This document shows positions 60,547 through 64,000 of a stretch of 64,000 bases of DNA, piece after piece (position 1 is the stretch's first letter; each line of letters opens with the position of its first letter). The notes below the pieces were generated by a model. That model searched no databases, was not told the origin of the DNA, and saw only the letters and a program-made list of their open reading frames with translations. A program made the position numbers and the translations under genes. Origin of the DNA: Fistulifera solaris (lineage: Eukaryota); contig AP026158.1 in assembly GCA_030295235.1 (NCBI GenBank), positions 310,001 through 374,000 on the forward strand, written 5' to 3'.

Positions 60547-61767
60547 TTACCAATCAGAAGGCAGCCAGAACCACAAACTCGTGTACACAAACGAGTCTTT
60601 TGATCTCCACGCCTCCGGTAGCTCAATTTCATCCGCTTGTGCCGTTAGACGCTCCGCATCTCCTCCCCGCTTGTCCCAATCCTGACACAAGGCCGCATAC
60701 GCCCGCAATGCGTATCGCAGTTGCAATTTCTCAACTAGAGTCCGTGGTGGAGGAACCGAAATGGCCGTTTGCAACAAACCTTCGGCCGTCACGGCACCAC
60801 CCGATTTGTGATAGCATTGTGCCACTAATGTCAATGGAATAGTCAATGCTATGTTTGAAACATATTCATGTTTTTGTTGTTGCTCGAGTAATTTCAAACT
60901 ATCGTGTGCATATTTCGAGGCTTGTTCGATCTCTTGTAATTGCAACAATCCCCAAGCCATGTTGGCTTGCAATTGACTTTGTACGAGTAGAGCCATATTG
61001 TGTTTCTTCGCCGAGTGTTTTTTCCACCACGTCAAGCCTTGTTTCCATTCACGCAAAGCCGAATCGATGGGAATATCGGTATCGGGACGATGTTGTGAAA
61101 GCAAGTCAGCATACACGACATGAGCGACTCCCATATTCATGGCCGTGACACCCCATTGCGTATGATGCATGGCATTTCTCCGAAACGGATCTCGTACCAC
61201 AAACAAATCATCCAAGGTTGATGCTTGCAATAATTGCGATACGGCGTAGCCATTGCGCGCTGCGAGCATCACGTCCTTCGTGGTATTGTCGTTGTTGTAG
61301 TCGTTGTTGTTGTTGTTGTTGTCGTCGTCGTCGTCGTCGTGGTCGAGTACTTGCTGACACAGATTGGCGGCATGCGCAAAGTCTCCCTGCATCCAATACG
61401 ATTTCGCGAGTGCCAGTTGTACCAGTGTCGATGGTTCTTGCTGTAATAATTGTTGGAGTGTCGAAATTGGCGATTCTCCCCGTCGTATTTGGACTTCCGC
61501 GGTCAGCGCCAAAATGGCGGCGACGACTTCTTTACCACCAATATGCTCAAAAATATCGTACGCACGATGCAACGATTCCAGTGCATTCGACTCGAGAGGA
61601 TTTTCGAGAGCTTGTGTGACATCGGGTAGTTGCTGCAATGAAGCAAAGGAATTTTGGACCAGAGAACTGTTTTGCAATCCCAAATGACACCACGTCGCGT
61701 AAGTGCGTCGGACCGTCATATTCCTTGATAATAATAGCTTTCTTAACGCTGTCGTTCGAAAGGTCAT
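60547..61767 (-). CDS. Hypothetical TPR-like helical protein, probably mitochondrial
   Basis: Arg-rich presequence (MTFRTTALRKLLLSRNMTVRRTYA), helical repeats, AVTAEGLL. Confidence 0.6.
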   Translation of the reverse strand: MTFRTTALRKLLLSRNMTVRRTYATWCHLGLQNSSLVQNSFASLQQLPDVTQALENPLESNALESLHRAYDIFEHIGGKEVVAAILALTAEVQIRRGESPISTLQQLLQQEPSTLVQLALAKSYWMQGDFAHAANLCQQVLDHDDDDDDNNNNNNDYNNDNTTKDVMLAARNGYAVSQLLQASTLDDLFVVRDPFRRNAMHHTQWGVTAMNMGVAHVVYADLLSQHRPDTDIPIDSALREWKQGLTWWKKHSAKKHNMALLVQSQLQANMAWGLLQLQEIEQASKYAHDSLKLLEQQQKHEYVSNIALTIPLTLVAQCYHKSGGAVTAEGLLQTAISVPPPRTLVEKLQLRYALRAYAALCQDWDKRGGDAERLTAQADEIELPEAWRSKDSFVYTSLWFWLPSDW

Positions 61768-62094
61768 TGTTGCTGAAAGGATAATGTTGAAGAACGAGTA
61801 ATAAAGGAAGGAAAGGGATAAACAGAAGAGAAGATAAGGAGACAATATATATAATAAGAACAGCAACAAATATATCTCAAACATCTCGCCAATCGCAATC
61901 AACTTTCGCGTCATTCGATGGGTCAGTCACGTTTGTTATCGGTTCTCGTGACTGCAATCAAATCCTGGAAAAATCAGATTGCATTCTACACCATGGTAGA
62001 ATACTAGATTAGGGAAACATCCGCCAAGATTTCAGACATTAGTGATTAACAAATGACTTCTGTATTCTACACCTTCGGACAGCATTCCAAGCCA

Positions 62095-63527
62095 TTAAAC
62101 TTTACTTGTGAGTGCGACGTGGCGGACTTCGCCGGCATCGTCCACATAAACAACCGAGATCATTTGATCGCCAATGTAAGCAATGTTGGTCGAACTAACT
62201 CGACCGTTGTTGTTAGCGTCGCTTGGTTGACTCTTCAACCAATTCATCCCGTACTGTATAGCATAATCCCTTCCACTGTCACTGCTCATTTCTTCCCGTT
62301 CTTCCTGTGATGATGACGAAGACTCCGGAAGGGAACAAGTCACCGACGCATTCACCCCCGTAAATGGTTTCGCGGCATCGTAATTCACTTTGTAGCCGAT
62401 ATCTTCCAAGGTCGCGACAGTCAATCGCGACAAGAGAGGAACCGCATTGCGGACAAAGCCTGTCATGAGTTCATTCGTTAGGGACAGTTCATCAAAATGA
62501 GAGCACGACGTGCCCGGACCACCATCATTTTCAATGGGAATGCTCGTGCCCACACAACCACTCATGAGTTGCCATTCAGTGCTGGCCGCCGAATCTAGTT
62601 TGTAATTACATGGTCGTTGCGTCGAATCCGTTAGTCCTTTGATTTTCCAAATGGCGCCGTTGATGCCGTACTGCAACGTAGTTTAAGTAACAAAGAAGTA
62701 AAGAGAAAAGATGCATAGAATGTAAGAGAGGCATCTGTAGCTTATATGGTGCGCAACGTGTTTTTACTCTTGCAACGTACCACGTGTCCAATTTCGTGAA
62801 GCTGATAAAAACGAGGAGAAAAAAAAAAGAGAGGACGATTTCAACCCGTAAGAACAAATCGATTATTCCTGCAATTCCAAAAAAATGCCTTACAACTTAC
62901 AATGACTTCATCAAAAATACCTTGTTGCACCATAAAGTCAACATCGGCTTCATCAAATACCATTCCACCCATGAGAGGAATGCTCGAGTCCCTCCGGATA
63001 AACTCGGCGCCCGCCTGGCCCAGCACCCTACCCGGCCCATCGATCGCTTGCACATTGACACAAATGAGAATATCATCAATCACCTGGGGAATCGATCGTG
63101 CTGTACAAAAGCGAGACTGTTGTTTCGCCGTCGAAGGGAGTTGAATACTGGGTAAATCACCCGTAATGATCTGATTCCATTCCGTCGCAGCATTCCGAAA
63201 GACCGCCTGCAATTGGGAATTCCGAACATTGCGCAAAATCAACGTGGTGTCAAAGCCCGGATAGGATTGATTCCATTCCTCACAAGTACCGCATTCCCAA
63301 TCCGAAGTCCAGCGAGATCCGATGGGTCGACATTGTTCGACACACGAGTCATCATCTGGATTGATGCGTCTCATGCGATTGCGAAACATCCCACATCCTT
63401 GACAGCTGTTCAAAAGCAATTCACGTTGTTCTTCATCGGAACGCAATCCTTTGCCTTGAACACTAGCGTGAAAAGTTATGAAAAATATCCAGAAGACCGA
63501 GACATTGGATAAATGATTCGTCTTCAT
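62095..63527 (-). CDS. Secreted leishmanolysin-like (M8) zinc metallopeptidase; exons 63527-62901, 62801-62781, 62670-62095
   Basis: Signal peptide, IDGPGRVLGQAG, spliced DEVI-LHEIGHV-YGI, GGPGTSCSHFDE, NELMTG (Met-turn). Confidence 0.88.
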
Positions 63528-64000
63528 GATGGCTTTTAGACGAGATCAAAAAAAAGGACACCCAACTACGATAGATCCAAAAAGACTTTGAGGGGAGTCT
63601 CTTGAAAATGCCGCACAAAATGTTATCGATCGAAGGGAAATCAACAATGATTATCAGAAGGAATGACTCCAATGATCCATATGATGAACGAAAATGATTT
63701 CACTTTCTTTTTGGTGTTGCCGAGGAAGAACCGCATCTTTCTCGTTTCTCCGAAGAAGGGGGCTATTGTACAAACTGTTGTAAAGCTTCTGACAGGCACA
63801 GGCTAATTATTTCGCATGACCAAATTCTTTCTTAAATAATAGTAAGTCGATCTTGCCAAATGTCAGATTCATTGTAATTATGCGTAGTTATGTAGCTTGC
63901 CGGTGTTGGGACAGTGGACGACTTTGTCATCGGTTCAACAAAAACAGCACCGGGCGGTGCGAGACGACGAATTTCGGCTTGGGCGCAATAGAACAAAGAA

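Noticed and set aside
238..63527. A single co-regulated silicification gene cluster spanning the window
   Set aside because: Candidate secretory genes are spread over 60 kb among unrelated housekeeping genes; linkage alone is not evidence.

Overview
Gene-dense eukaryotic nuclear DNA with short (about 70-110 nt) GT-AG introns. It is most likely a pennate diatom; this is an inference from bipartite signal+Phe plastid presequences, expanded HSF genes, LRG/RxL propeptides and diatom-type low-complexity proteins. About 33 protein-coding loci are supported. Recognisable ones include a lumen-facing PKDCC/VLK-like kinase, a GT8-like glycosyltransferase, TspO, two plastid-targeted NSF-like AAA ATPases, ALG12, a double PqiA-like membrane protein, a DYRK1-like kinase, a Mic19-like twin-CX9C protein, THOC2, three HSFs, biotin ligase, sulfite oxidase, LtrA-like, SSRP1, strictosidine-synthase-like, mL49, an ABHD hydrolase, ERGIC3, PAB-like and an M8 metalloprotease. 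At least 15 genes, including essential ones, are broken by 1-nt frameshifts at homopolymers, which points to an unpolished long-read assembly. The most interesting items are invisible or garbled in the ORF track: a spliced, secreted Lys/Ser/Gly-rich silaffin/cingulin-like protein; a secreted acidic 28-aa tandem-repeat protein; two micro-exons, one encoding exactly the HExxH zinc site; a palindromic 13-bp repeat cluster in a divergent promoter; and a recurrent TACC(A)GGTA(C) motif upstream of many genes. No rRNA, tRNA, CRISPR or intact transposon was found. All family assignments come from motif recognition by eye, not from database searches.
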